NCBI GenBank assembly: GCA_964188305.1
Contig: OZ076889.1
DNA from: Podarcis bocagei
Lineage: Eukaryota
Strand: one strand, 5' to 3'
Length of the DNA stretch: 64,000 nt
Shown here: piece by piece, positions 25,578 through 37,643 of the stretch
Numbering within the stretch: position 1 is the first letter of the stretch
Layout: each line of letters opens with the position of its first letter
Translations under genes and position numbers: made by a program
Notes under the pieces: model-generated
The model's input: the letters and a program-made list of their open reading frames with translations, nothing else
The model's database searches: none
What the model was told of the DNA's origin: nothing

Positions 25578-26221
25578 GCTAGGACACTTTGGAGGCAGAG
25601 CTGGTGTTGCCTCTTGCAAGCAGCCACTATTTTTATTGAGGCAATGCTTTTTCATCTAAGTAATATAGCATTAGCACAATGATAAAGAAGTTTAAAATCA
25701 ATGATAAAAAACCAACAATCAATTGCTGACAACAAAACATTAGAGGCAAGGATGAGGCACAAAGATACACAACAAATCATTTAGTATATCAAGATGAATG
25801 AAAATCAAGCAACATAACCAAGAAAATATGAGTAGCAAAAGACCGCAAGGTGGAAATATTACTAACTGTCACCAGAAGGTGAATGCATTGGTATTATTTG
25901 AGAGTCTTCCCCCCACCCTTTCTTGTGTGTCAGTGTTGCCCTGGAATAAATACCAAGTTGAAATGAATGATTCCAGTCTAGATGGATCTTTGGCCTCTCT
26001 CAGCTGACATGCTAAATTAATGTTTGTTCATTACCTCCCATACTTTCCTTATCTAATCCTTTTGAGAGGGTAGCTCCAGCTGCCTCCATTTACATGATTG
26101 AAACAGGCAATTTTTGGAGCCAAGTAAGGCTGCCATTCTTAAAACATTTACAAAGGAGTTCAGCTCCACTGAACATACTGAGACTTACTTCCAAGTAAAC
26201 AGGGATATATGATCCTTGTGG

Positions 26222-26441
26222 CAGTGGCGGAGCTTCATGCTCCGGCACCAGGGGAGCGGAGAGCAGGCGGGGGTGCAGCTGGCGCGCATCCTGGGGGCAT
26301 GGTGTGCTGTCTGCAGGGACGTGGTGTGCGTCCTGGGGGCGTGGCGCCCAGTGTGGGTGGGGGGCAGCCACAATGGCACCCCACTGGGATCACGTTGCCG
26401 GGGGCAGTGCGCTCCCCTGCACTCCTCTTCCTCCGCCAGTG
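26222..26441. mobile_element. GC-rich hAT MITE
   Basis: TIR CAGTGGCGGAG / CTCCGCCAGTG; perfect 8-bp TSD CCTTGTGG at 26214 and 26442. Confidence 0.85.
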
Positions 26442-29306
26442 CCTTGTGGTGATACAAAGGATAATGTTTCCAAGTAGTAAAGGAACCTAGAATCCTTTTG
26501 GACATGACATTTCTAATTTCCCCACCAGTTGCCTGGGCAATGGAGCATTCCTACTACCATAAAGTGGTAAAAAGTATGCACTTCCCTTCCAACACATAGG
26601 ACTATATTGATGGAAGATCCTTTGTGTGATCTAGTTAAAGTACTATATCATCAATGCATGTTAGCCCTGGGCGTTATGTAATAAGAACAAGGTTCCTCTG
26701 AGCAAGAACAGAGTACCTTTTTTCTTCCCACAGAGCAAGCACAAATGACCCCTAAACATTTGCATACTGAGCCCTGACACTTTTCATAAATATGCCACTA
26801 CAATGAAGGTACGATGCTAGTAATACTCACCAGATTCCAAAGCCACTTCATTCAGGCAAGTATCATTGCCCAGAATGCAGGATACACATACCCTATTCCT
26901 TTTGGAATCTGAGGTTCTTTGCTAGTTTAAATAAAAAACAAAGGCTGACCCAAATCATCTGAAAATCCAAAGGTTATTTTTAACATGACATTAAATACCT
27001 TGAGTCTTTCTGGTGATGCACATGTAAGTGCTATTAATGAAGGCAGAAGGAGGAAGTGAGCTGCTGTTATGAACTTAGGTACATTTCAACCCATATGGAT
27101 TCCACATCTGAATTATAGACACATGGCTTGCAAATATATAAAGAAAAAGAAAATAAACAACTCTTATAGCATCACATGGGAAAACACTAAGTCTGCACCT
27201 CTTGCACCATTATTCACTTGGCCTTTCATGACACTTCTGCCACGTGAGGACGGCTTGCTGGGCTTGCATTATTTGCGACTAGGTTCACCACCTGCACAAC
27301 ACTTCTTCACTCAGCTGTTTCTCTCTCACAAGAGTAAAGCTAAGCAAAACACTTTCCATATTAAGAAAAGCAAATTTGGAAGGGGGAATCAGAAGAGAGG
27401 GTAGCAAAAGGGCAAGTGTAGGACACGGATTCTGCTTGCCATACAACCTTGGACAAATCAGTTTTTAAGAAGTCCTGATTGTTGCAGTACTCTGTATTGT
27501 ATAATAGATATATAACATGCATATTCATGTATATTTAAGTAATTCACAGGGTCTGTATATAAACTAGTATTGACAACACAATGAGCCATGAATGAAAGAT
27601 GTGGCATAGCCGCCTTCACAATTTCTGCTCCCAGACTTCAAATTCAGCATGCTTGGTTTACACAGTAGAAAGACAGTATCACTGGGTACAAGTCCTCTGG
27701 GATTTGCAAAGTCAGCCACCTGAGCCCTTCCATCTCTCACAGCCATCGTGGCAAGAAATCCTTTCATCTCCGCTGTTTCGAAGATTCATCCACTAACCTG
27801 TTTAATCAAAAAGCATCCAGATTTCATCTAAATTCCAATCATGATAATTGCCTTAAAACCAAGGACTGCAGTTTTGTGCATGTTGTGAAGTTCCAGGCCA
27901 TGAGCTAGATGCAGAACTAAATTATACCAAAGTTATGAGGTTACTGAATACAGTTTTGGATCAAATGTCTCCCTAGACTATTTATTTGTTTGTTTGCTTA
28001 TTAAAAAGATGGATGATGCAAAATTGCTCTCTCTCTTTCTCCTCTGTATCAGCTCAGCAGGTAGAGTCAGCACAAAACCAGCTACATTTAGTTAGTCAAA
28101 TGAGCAGATTTGTCTCAAAGACACAGGGGGTGCAGACAGAGTTGAGTAAGGAGGAGGCTGTGCTGATTATAACTGAGCTCTCCATTTTCTTGCTTTATAA
28201 AATATAGATGCTGTATTCAAATGAAAGTGAATCTGGTCCCTTCTCTCCCTGGGCATTTAGCCTAAACAAACTATAGTGTCAGGGGAATAAGTGGCTGAAT
28301 AGGCAATCACATAATAAAATAACAGCAGTAGAACTGCAATAATTTGGGGTGTGTTAATTCTCCTGTCTTTTTCCCCCTGCCTTCCAGTAGGTCATGAGTG
28401 ACTATTACAATTTGAACCCCAGCTACTGTTGCTCTGAATTTACAGACTTCAGACTCAGTTTCTATTACTTCCAAAAGTACAAAATGACTATATAGTGCTC
28501 AGAGCTCTATGACTCACATAATGATATTTCAACCACCATTTCAAGACCTCTTTTACACCTACGTTTCTGGTGCATGTGAATGTAAAGCTGGGCTCATAAG
28601 CACCACTTATATGGAGGGAATGCTTATTTTAGCAACAGGATGACCATTCCTCATTTCGGATGATCCCAGCACTGTTGATCTTCATCAGTTTGTTAACAGT
28701 AGCTTGGGCTTTTCAGACAGCCATACATCAATCACTACCTAAAGCTTCCTAAGTTTTACTTTTAAAAATATTTTCAACCAAGAAAAAAACCAAGGCAGGA
28801 AGGGCCAACCAGAACCTAGCAGTGCTAAGAAAGCTGATTATATTTGATAAAAGGTGTGGCATATCTACTTCACAATCTGAAAAGCTTTTTTCACTATGCA
28901 TTTAGACACCTCTAAAGACAGTGGGCTATATCTAATGTTAGTCAGAGCAGACCCATTGAAATTGATGGGTCGTTAATTTCTTTGGGTTGACTCAAAATAG
29001 GGATTTGCTGGATATAACCCATCAAAGGCAATTTTTGCATCATGGTTCCTGAGATCAAGGAGTAAATTTTCATCTACATCTGGGTACACACACCTGAATG
29101 CTACTTTGAATCAAGATGGCAGATGATCAATACTGTAATGATTTTGTGGTTGTTCTTTGTTTCTTAAGACTTCCTAAGCAATGCCGGTATGGGTTCTAGA
29201 ATATCACCTGAGGGCACATGATTCGGCTAATATGCTGAAGCTAACAAGGACTAGGTCTGATCTAGACATGCCTGCATGGGAGACCACCCAAGACCACCAC
29301 CTATAC

Positions 29307-29454
29307 CAGAGCTTTCCAAACTTTTCATGTTGGTGACACACTTTTTAGACCCCTTTCCAGCCCTGAGAGGAGTGTGGGGAGCGTTCATACAACACACCTA
29401 CACACTGTAGCCAACACACTAATGTGTCACGGACACACAGTTTGAAAAGCTGTG
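29307..29454. mobile_element. hAT MITE inserted in a 5S-rRNA-derived SINE
   Basis: TIR CAGAGCTTTCCAAACT / AGTTTGAAAAGCTGTG; perfect TSD ACCTATAC. Confidence 0.85.
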
Positions 29455-31316
29455 ACCTATACCAATGTGAGTGCCATGGTGGGGAAAAAGTGAGGTATAT
29501 GTACTAAAGAAATAAATTTACCAACACAAAATTCACTCATAAATTTGCCACACAAAACAGCCCACATCTTGATTAGCACATACTTCCACAAAAGTGTCCC
29601 TATCTTTGAAATATTGATCTTGCAAACCCGATTGAGAATATTTTCTATTTCCCTTTAATCACACAACTCATTAAAAACAACTCATTTCTCCAATTCCAGT
29701 GCAGATTTTCAGGGGAGACCTGTACCCGCATTCTTTTTCTCTCTCCAACTGCTCTCTTCCCCACTGTCTAATTGAATCTAGTAGGCTGCCTGAAAACATC
29801 TAGCATCTTGTCTATTTTTTGTTTGCCAGTCTCTTTGCCAACGTTTTGCAGGCCAAATTCAATAGTCCATTATTTCATCCTGCCAATTATAAGATTCTTC
29901 TCTCTGCAAATTCAGCTGATCATGGTATGGAGGCTGCTGCCTTGAAGGCAGTTCTATGGTTGAGCAGCCAGCATAAACCACTTACAGTTACTCATCTAGT
30001 AAAGGTAATGAGAAATTTTCTGGAAATGATAAACAATCCAACATATCTGCTCGAAGAGAATTTTTCTTTATCCTTTTCCCAGCTCCATATGACTGGAATT
30101 CAATAAAAGGTTTTGCCATACTCTTTTAGGCTGCAAAGGCTACAGTGCAGATGATGATATTCTGTGCAAAAGGTGTGTTAGTTGTGTACTGTCATGATTA
30201 TCCTGTATTGGCAGATCCAGTAACAGTTTTGAGGATGTTCCACAGAAGCTGAAGTCTTATTCATGTAGTAAATAAATAGCTCAAGTCCTGCATGCAGTTT
30301 ATCACATGTGGCCATGTAAACATTTGCCATGGGTTGCAAATTGCACATGAGATTCAAACAATTTCCTGCATAAAATAACTTCCATGTAGGAGATTCTGTC
30401 TGGATAAGATGTTTTCTTACGTCTGTTTTACACACTACATAGCAACATATTAGATTTCACCGTCAAGCATCCATTCAGCAGGGAACCAAAGCCAATCTTT
30501 GCTCTCTGATAAGGGTACCTGTTCTCCATAAGACACACAAAGTTTCAAATGCCTGTTTACCATGTTCACACAAAGGCACAAAGAAGCCCCCAGATTCTGC
30601 ACTTCATCCACAGATGGATAGATAAACCAGGACCTAAATTCAGAAAGAGGGGCAAGACCGGTATTTGCCTCTTTTCTTGGGATATCATTTCAGAGCTGAC
30701 TTGGTGGCAGTGAAACAGTCTGCTGATGGATGCCCTGCTGCAAATGCTCCTATCCACTAGGATAGTGCAGGAAGCTGCATGAAAGAACATCTACTAATAG
30801 TCAAAGACAGATTGGCTATCTCATAAATGCCCCCGGGACCTAGGATGGATCCATTATCAAGGAACTGATGTTATAGACAGATGCCTACAGTTCCTTTGGG
30901 TCTTCCTGCTTTCCTCTCTGATAGGATTCTTTGAGCAAGCTGATGCCTACTTTGGGAAATGATCATAGTGGAGAAAAATCACACGTTATGGCTGTGGGCT
31001 ATTCTGTAGTTCTATGTACATTAGCAGGAGAAGCCCTAGCACAGCTGTTAAGAGGGTATCCTGATAAAAATGCAACTTTTCCATTCCATTTTCATTTCCT
31101 CCCACTTTAAATGGCTTATATCCCACTTTGTCTTCCTGAGGGAACCCAAAATGACTAAGAGCAAACAGAAAACAAAGTATCAGAATAATCAGCAAAAACA
31201 CAGTACATATCAAAATATAAAATGGCAAATGATTCTTTAGGATCCTGTTAAAAACACCCAAAGAGACTAGACATAGGCCCATTTAAGGAAGGTGTAAATG
31301 GGTGATAAAGAGACTA

Positions 31317-31549
31317 CAGTGGTACCTCGGGTTACATACGCTTCAGATTACATACGCTTCAGTTTACATACGCTTCAGGTTACAGACTCTGCTAACCCAG
31401 AAATATTACCTCTGGTTAAGAACTTTGCTTCAGGATGAGAAAAGAAATTGTGCAGCAGCGGCAGCAGGAGGCCCCATTAGCTAAAGTGGTGCTTCAGGTT
31501 AAGAACAGACCTCCGGAACGAATTAAGTTCTTAACCCAAGGTACCACTA
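31317..31549. mobile_element. Tc1/mariner (Tigger-like) MITE
   Basis: TA|CAGTGGTACCTCGGGTTA...TTAACCCAAGGTACCACTA|TA; internal 3x 16-bp tandem TTACATACGCTTCAGN. Confidence 0.85.
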
Positions 31550-34500
31550 TAATTGTGTGCAGAGCTGGACCTGAACATTTTGCTGCCTGAATGATGAGCT
31601 GGTACCTGCTCCTCCTTTACACCTAGAAGCTGCCCATGCAGACTATTGAATCTTACTTCAACATGGGTGATGGAACAAAGTCTCCTGAGGGCAGCAGCTG
31701 CTTAGGGGGTGCAGGCCAGGCCATACTCAGCTCTGTCATCCAACACCTTGCTGCTGTCTCTCCCAGTCCCCTAGCATTGGGTCATCCAACCCCTCATTGC
31801 CCAAGGTGGTTACTTCACTATAATTAATGACAAGCTACAGCTCATGATTAGTGAGGCGAGAAATCAGCAGTGAGCTCCTTTCTGGGGGCCCACACATTTG
31901 TGTAGTCCCAGTAAGCCATAATTTGCCTTACTGTGTTGTGCAAACCAGGCCAATTTCTCCGAAATGGTCTCAACCTCATGTTTGAGTGTCAATGTGATGA
32001 AGATTTGAGCGGGGGAGAGATGATAAAAAATACCACCACAGGGAAAGTTATGTGTCTACAAGGCTCAATATGTCTTCTCTAAGCACCCCAAACAAGAAAG
32101 AAATAACATGGCTGTTCTGAACCTCACAGAAGCCTTAATCAAAGACATTAGGAGTAGCTTTCTGAGAGAACAAAAACACACATCCATTCTCACTATCCAT
32201 GGGTTATTACAATATAATTAGGTTTCTTATCCAGTTAATAGGAACACCGCACAAGACTTTAGCTAAAGTCAACACTATAAATACAAACATGCATTTAATT
32301 GAAACCATTGGTTAGTCCATTTGTCTTGGCACAATTTGTCTTTTACAAAGCACATATTAATATATTGTGGCTGCTCGCTCATCATGTCCACTCCGAAGAA
32401 ACCTGAGAGAAAAAATGATTTGTTCGTTCAGACGTTTGTGACTGCTTAAGAGGATTGCTAGTTGGTTAGACCTGAAATCTGTTTTGGTGGATGCAGTGAG
32501 CGGCTTTCTTTTTTGTTTGCTCAAGTTCATTCTCTGACAGTGGCTTGCATATGTTAAATGCAAACTATATTAAACTCTTTGCTTGCATATATTAAACTGG
32601 ACAGATATTCCAATTAACAAAGAACAGTGATTTTCCCAAAGAGAGCAACCAATTGTGTAACAGGGGCAATGTGTACTTTACAGGTCTGTGCAAACCTGTC
32701 TTGTAAATCAGTCCACAAAAGTTACCAGCCTGAAAAAAAATGTTTACTAGCTACATTAAATTCCCTGCACTTGTCTGCCTGTAATTCCTTCTCATCTATT
32801 GCTACCAAGCTAAGGCCTGACTATAAGGCTAACACGAGCATACAACAAGTCCAAAACTTGGCATTAGATTAAAAATTCAGGATCTTTCTAGCTCTCCTCC
32901 TTTCATTTTTAATATCAGCATGACACAGAAATCAAACAACTATTTTCACTCTATGCCATATGCCAGGCAAAGCTTCTGTTGCTCCATTTCTATTTGCCAT
33001 GCCGCTGTTAAAGCACAGGAGCAGGGTGGAGAGAGCAGGTTCACAATTACAAGCCAACATATTTATTTTGTGTAAAACAAGCCACAGCATAAAATACAGA
33101 ATTTGAGCTACACGGGGCAGAATGTTGGTTATTATTATTTTTAATACAGAATTCACACAATCCTGACAATTCTGGTTCTGGCTTTTACAAGGCATCCTCT
33201 AACCAGGAAGCTTTTAGTACCAATTAGGGTTGTCACTCAGTCAAAGAAATCTCAGGCTATTAGTGTTAGAAGTTTCCTGTGGTGTGTTCTTTCTGATATA
33301 TATAAAAAATTCTTCACACTAACTTCGTTTTGGAAAAATGTTTGATACTTGCAGGTGTCAATGCATTTATAATCCTGTGGGTTGGAGACTAACAGAGAGA
33401 CAATAAATGTGGACAGACCCTATGAGCCTTTGTAGTTGCAGAGAACAAGCTATATTTCAAAGCTGGGAGGATAAACATCACTATCTACTACATAGTAGTT
33501 TAAGCTCTCACTGCCCTTTCTGTGCTTGAATGGATATCTTATGACGACCCATCTTATGACTACCCACCTTATTTTGACAAATGGGCTGCCTATATTAAAT
33601 TATATGCTTAAGTCAGGATCAAAGTCAGCTGACAATGTTGTTGTTTCCCCCCTCCTGATATATTTGCGACAATAACAATAATAATGGAGGGGGAAGTGGA
33701 ATAAAGATTGTGAGTTTCAAAACAGACTTTGTTTTCAGGCAGGGCTTGTATACACTTCTGCAGCAGGCGCCATCTTAGAAGAGCCACCCACCCTTTGAAA
33801 ACCTTTTCTAGCTTGGCACATGCCGGTTGCAATTCCTAGACATCTTTAAGTTAAAAAATAAGGCACTTTAAAAAATGTATTGCCCAGTTAATTGGGGAGA
33901 CCTTTTCAGTTGCTCAAGAAGGCTTTAACTGATTAATCTAACTAATTGGGACTGCAATCCCTATGTACACTTAGGTGGGAATGGATCGAGCCAGATTTAC
34001 CTCAGTATAGGATTGTGCTGTTTAAATGTTGCAGCCTTAGTAATGATATTAAGTTGTATTCCTTTTAGCACACACAAAACTACTTCTGACCCACAGAATG
34101 ATAAACATGGGTCTTTAAAGTTGAGGGTGGTGCTGTGAAATGGGCCTCACTCCCAGAAGCGGTTTGCAAGATCAAGGCTCAGCTCTGCAAGAGTGAAGAT
34201 GAGATGGCTTCTAAGCATCTGCAAGTGCGCCTTCCTCACACCACTGAGTAACCACAAGCAGGCTGCATGTTTGTGCATACAAGCATGCATGCACATGTCA
34301 TGCTTCTTCAGAGCTTGTGGCTTCGAGGCCTACTTGAGCTCCGACACTTTTCTCTTTCAAACATTAAACATTGTATTGCGAGTGTTTTCATTCCCAAAAG
34401 TGCCGCCTCTAACACCGCTAACTTTTCTGGACCGCTTCTTGTCACATCCCAATGCTCTTTTACCCCCAAAGCTAACAATGCCTCCTCATTCCGCCAGACA

Positions 34501-36517
34501 GCCAGGACTGCATCTCTCCTCTGCCTTTCACTGTCGCTCACACACATGCATGCTCAACATTCCCTGGGGAGGCAAGTGCACCTGTGTCAGGCCAAGCCCT
34601 CAGCTTTCCCTATCACCTTGCCTTTTCTCATCAGTACCACCCTGCATCTCTGCTCACGTTCCCTTGCTCCTCACGAAGTTCACACGTGCACCCACTTTGA
34701 GTTCTTCTGATTTGCTCTGACAAGCAGGAGGGAAGCCCTCGCTCATCACCCTGCAGGGCTACAGGGCTTGGCAGGGCTCTGCCAGCTTGGCAGTACCGTG
34801 CTTCTCCCCTCCCTCCCTTCATCAGCCTCCAGCCTACAACCAGGGAGAGGGTATTAACAGGATGAGCTGTGAGGCTGTCTTGAGCAATGATGGCTATGCA
34901 ATCTATTAAACCAGAATGGATGAGTGTCATTTAAACCCCTCCAGTCAGGGAACCAGCAGAGGACTTGGGCAGGAGTCTTGTTCTTTGCTGCAGCTGCAGC
35001 ATCCCATAATAACCGGGCTATTCCAATGCTGCTGAAGTGGTTGAAGCAGGGGTACAAGGGCTTGTGCCATGCAAAAGTTCATTTGCTAACAAGAAAGAGA
35101 TGTTGCAAAAGAGTACAAAGGCACCAGATTCCTATTCTGCCTCTCTTGTTTGTAAAGGCCATGAAATAATTGATGCCATTCCCGTCTCTGTTTCCTTATT
35201 CTCAAAATAGTAACAGCCAATCATTTGCCTGCTACTTCATACTAATAATAAACTACTATTATCTGCAACTGATGGCAATGAACACTGGCAGAAATGGATC
35301 AAAGCCCCAGATTCCAAAGTCCCCTACATTTCAAAGGGCTCAAACCAGAGCTGCTGCTGGAATCTGCCAGTTTTAGTGCTTCAGGCAAAATACCCAACTA
35401 CTACAACTGGCAAAATGGAAACCTCCTTGAAAATCCTGGACAACTCCCAAACCTGCTTCTCTTAAAGCACAAATGAAATTGTATTTTATGCACCAGCGTA
35501 CTGTAGTGGTTTGAGTGTTGGACTGGCGAGATCCATGTCCAATCCCTGCTCACTAACTCTCTGCTCACTAACCTACCTCAGAGGGTTGTTTTGAGATCCA
35601 AAAAAGGGAGGGAGGGAACTGTGTAGACTGCCTTGAACTGCTTGGAGGAAGGCAGGATGTAAATCTAAGAAATGACAATATTTCAATCAGGATTTCTGTG
35701 AGCAGAGATAAACAACACCAGCTTCTGATTGCAACAAATCAGGATGCTCCTGAAGGCACAAATATTTTATTATCTTATGTTGTTATTCGCAATTTACACA
35801 ATGACCCAAAAGGTTTCACACCACAACTCTTTGCTGAGTTAGAGATGTGTTACGCATATCCTTTAGCAATACTATAATTGGAACATTTGTTTTACATAGG
35901 TGAAAGCACAGCTTGTTATCGTATGCGGTAGAGAGTATATGGCGTAAGCCCAACCATTTTCTATTTGCTCACGACTGCCAATACCCTGTAGGGCTGTGGT
36001 ATGTTCATTAATGGCTGGTCTAGAACTGGGGGTTTGGGCTTTACTGATTCATTGTTCAACTACATGATGGGATGTGGTCGCAACAGAACACTAATGTATG
36101 TGAAGCAAGTGCTGAGCACTACCCTTGAACATTTGCCCTTTGACTGCAGTTTCAAGGCATATCTGCTGCTGAAAGTGAAAGCCTCTCTGCTCCCTCCCTC
36201 TCCCCCAAAAGAAAGGATCACATGACTGGAAAACTCTTTCTTGGGTTTCCTCTCACTCATGTGAAAAGGCCTGGGGCGATGCAGCAGCAGAATGCAAGAG
36301 CTCAGTTCCCAGCTCAAATTCACAATCAAATGAGTGCTAGAAGCAGCCTGGCATCATTAAGATCTCTTCAACAACCACTCTACATACTGGCAAATTTGAC
36401 TGACCCTAGTCAATCATGTCTGAATTTTCGCAAATTAATTTGATTAGATGCCTGCAAACTGAAATCCGGCCAAATCTGTAGAGCAAGCACACAAATAAAC
36501 AACCAACAAGTAAACTT

Positions 36518-36781
36518 AGGGGCTCATCTACACCTGCTTGTCCTGTGCTTAGAAAGCATGGGTCTGAGCTGTTTTCTGCTTGTCCTGTGCTTTCCAGGCA
36601 CAGATCTGAGTGGTTTTGCCCTTGCTCAGCCGCTTTCCCATGGAAAACCCATTCTTTAGTGATAAATCAGAGCAAATGGAAATCCACAGAGAACCCATTT
36701 GCCGTTTGCTCTGTTTCAGTGCTAAACTGCAGCTTTTCCCAGGGGAAAGTGGCAGGGCAAACAGAAGTATGGATAAACCTC
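36518..36781. mobile_element. Palindromic MITE (PIF/Harbinger-like)
   Basis: Termini GGGGCTCATCTACAC / GTATGGATAAACC; internal inverted repeat CAGAGCAAATGG / CCGTTTGCTCTG. Confidence 0.55.
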
Positions 36782-37437
36782 CAGGAAGGACAGTTCCAAA
36801 CAGGTCAAGAAATAGCTCTCCCATAAAGGACAGCCCAAGACCTGGGATAATAAAATGATGGCAATCCTGCAAGCCTTAAAAGAATCAATGGTGGTTTAAA
36901 AATCTCACTCTTCAATTTCCAAAAGGTATTTATTTATTTGTTTTTTTAAAAAACCTAGTTGTATCACCCTGTGTATTTGAATATTGAAGAAAGCATTCCA
37001 ATATCAATCATAAGCCAATCCAAGCTCTGAAACATGGGACAACATTGCTTTCCTTTCAGTGCTCATCACTGTTGCCCAACGATATAGTGTTTTCAAAGTC
37101 ATGAGAATGATTAATCTAAGCCACATATCAAAGCTATTTTAGCAAACATCACTACAAGCCTAATAATTCATCATAACCCTTATCACATCTAGAGATATGC
37201 TACAGTAACTATTGCCCAGGTTCAATAAGAGGGATAACACATATGGAAGCTGCTTCCACACACTGATTTCTTTGTTGAATTGGGAATCAGTTCCAGATTG
37301 AATGAGGATGGACACTGAGATACCTCTCTGTATTGTGATGCATAGGTGGAAGTGAGGCTTCTAGTATTGCCTCCTAACTGAAAATGTGCCATATGGAATA
37401 GTAATCTGTATTTCAGAAATGCCACCATATGGAAGCA

Positions 37438-37643
37438 AAATAAAAAAATTCCTTCCAGTAGCACCTTAAAGACCAACTAAGTTAGTTCTTGGTATGAGCT
37501 TTCGTGTGCATGCACACTTCTTCAGATACACTGTGCATGCACCCGAAAGCTCATACCAAGAACTAACTTAGTTGGTCTTTAAGGTGCTACTGGAAGGAAT
37601 TTTTTTATTTTGACTATGGCAGACCAACACGGCTACCTATCTG
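37438..37643. mobile_element. Penelope-like element remnant: inverted pseudo-LTR pair with 12-bp TSD
   Basis: 81-bp inverted arms 37436-37516 and 37532-37612 (1 mismatch); TSD CATATGGAAGCA at 37426-37437 and 37644-37655; AGTAGCACCTTAAAGACCAAC...GAAAGCTCA motifs typical of Penelope termini. Confidence 0.85.
37492..37529 (-). ncRNA. Minimal type I hammerhead ribozyme motif (Penelope-type)
   Basis: GUAU-CUGAAGA-A-GUGUGC AU GCACAC-GAAA-GC-UC-AUAC: core boxes, stem I GUAU/AUAC, 6-bp stem II, palindromic AGCU stem III. Confidence 0.75.

Noticed and set aside
29225-29300. 5S rRNA gene
   Set aside because: Partial and diverged; better explained as a SINE head.
31331-31385. Three 16-bp direct repeats (CRISPR-like at first glance)
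   Set aside because: No spacers; internal tandem duplication within a Tc1/mariner MITE in a vertebrate genome.
34193-34720. Longest ORF in the track (175 aa) and overlapping 147-aa ORF
   Set aside because: No domain motifs or splice context; composition typical of intronic DNA.
37436-37612. miRNA precursor
   Set aside because: The hairpin is explained by an inverted Penelope terminus with TSD; too long and perfect for a typical pre-miRNA.
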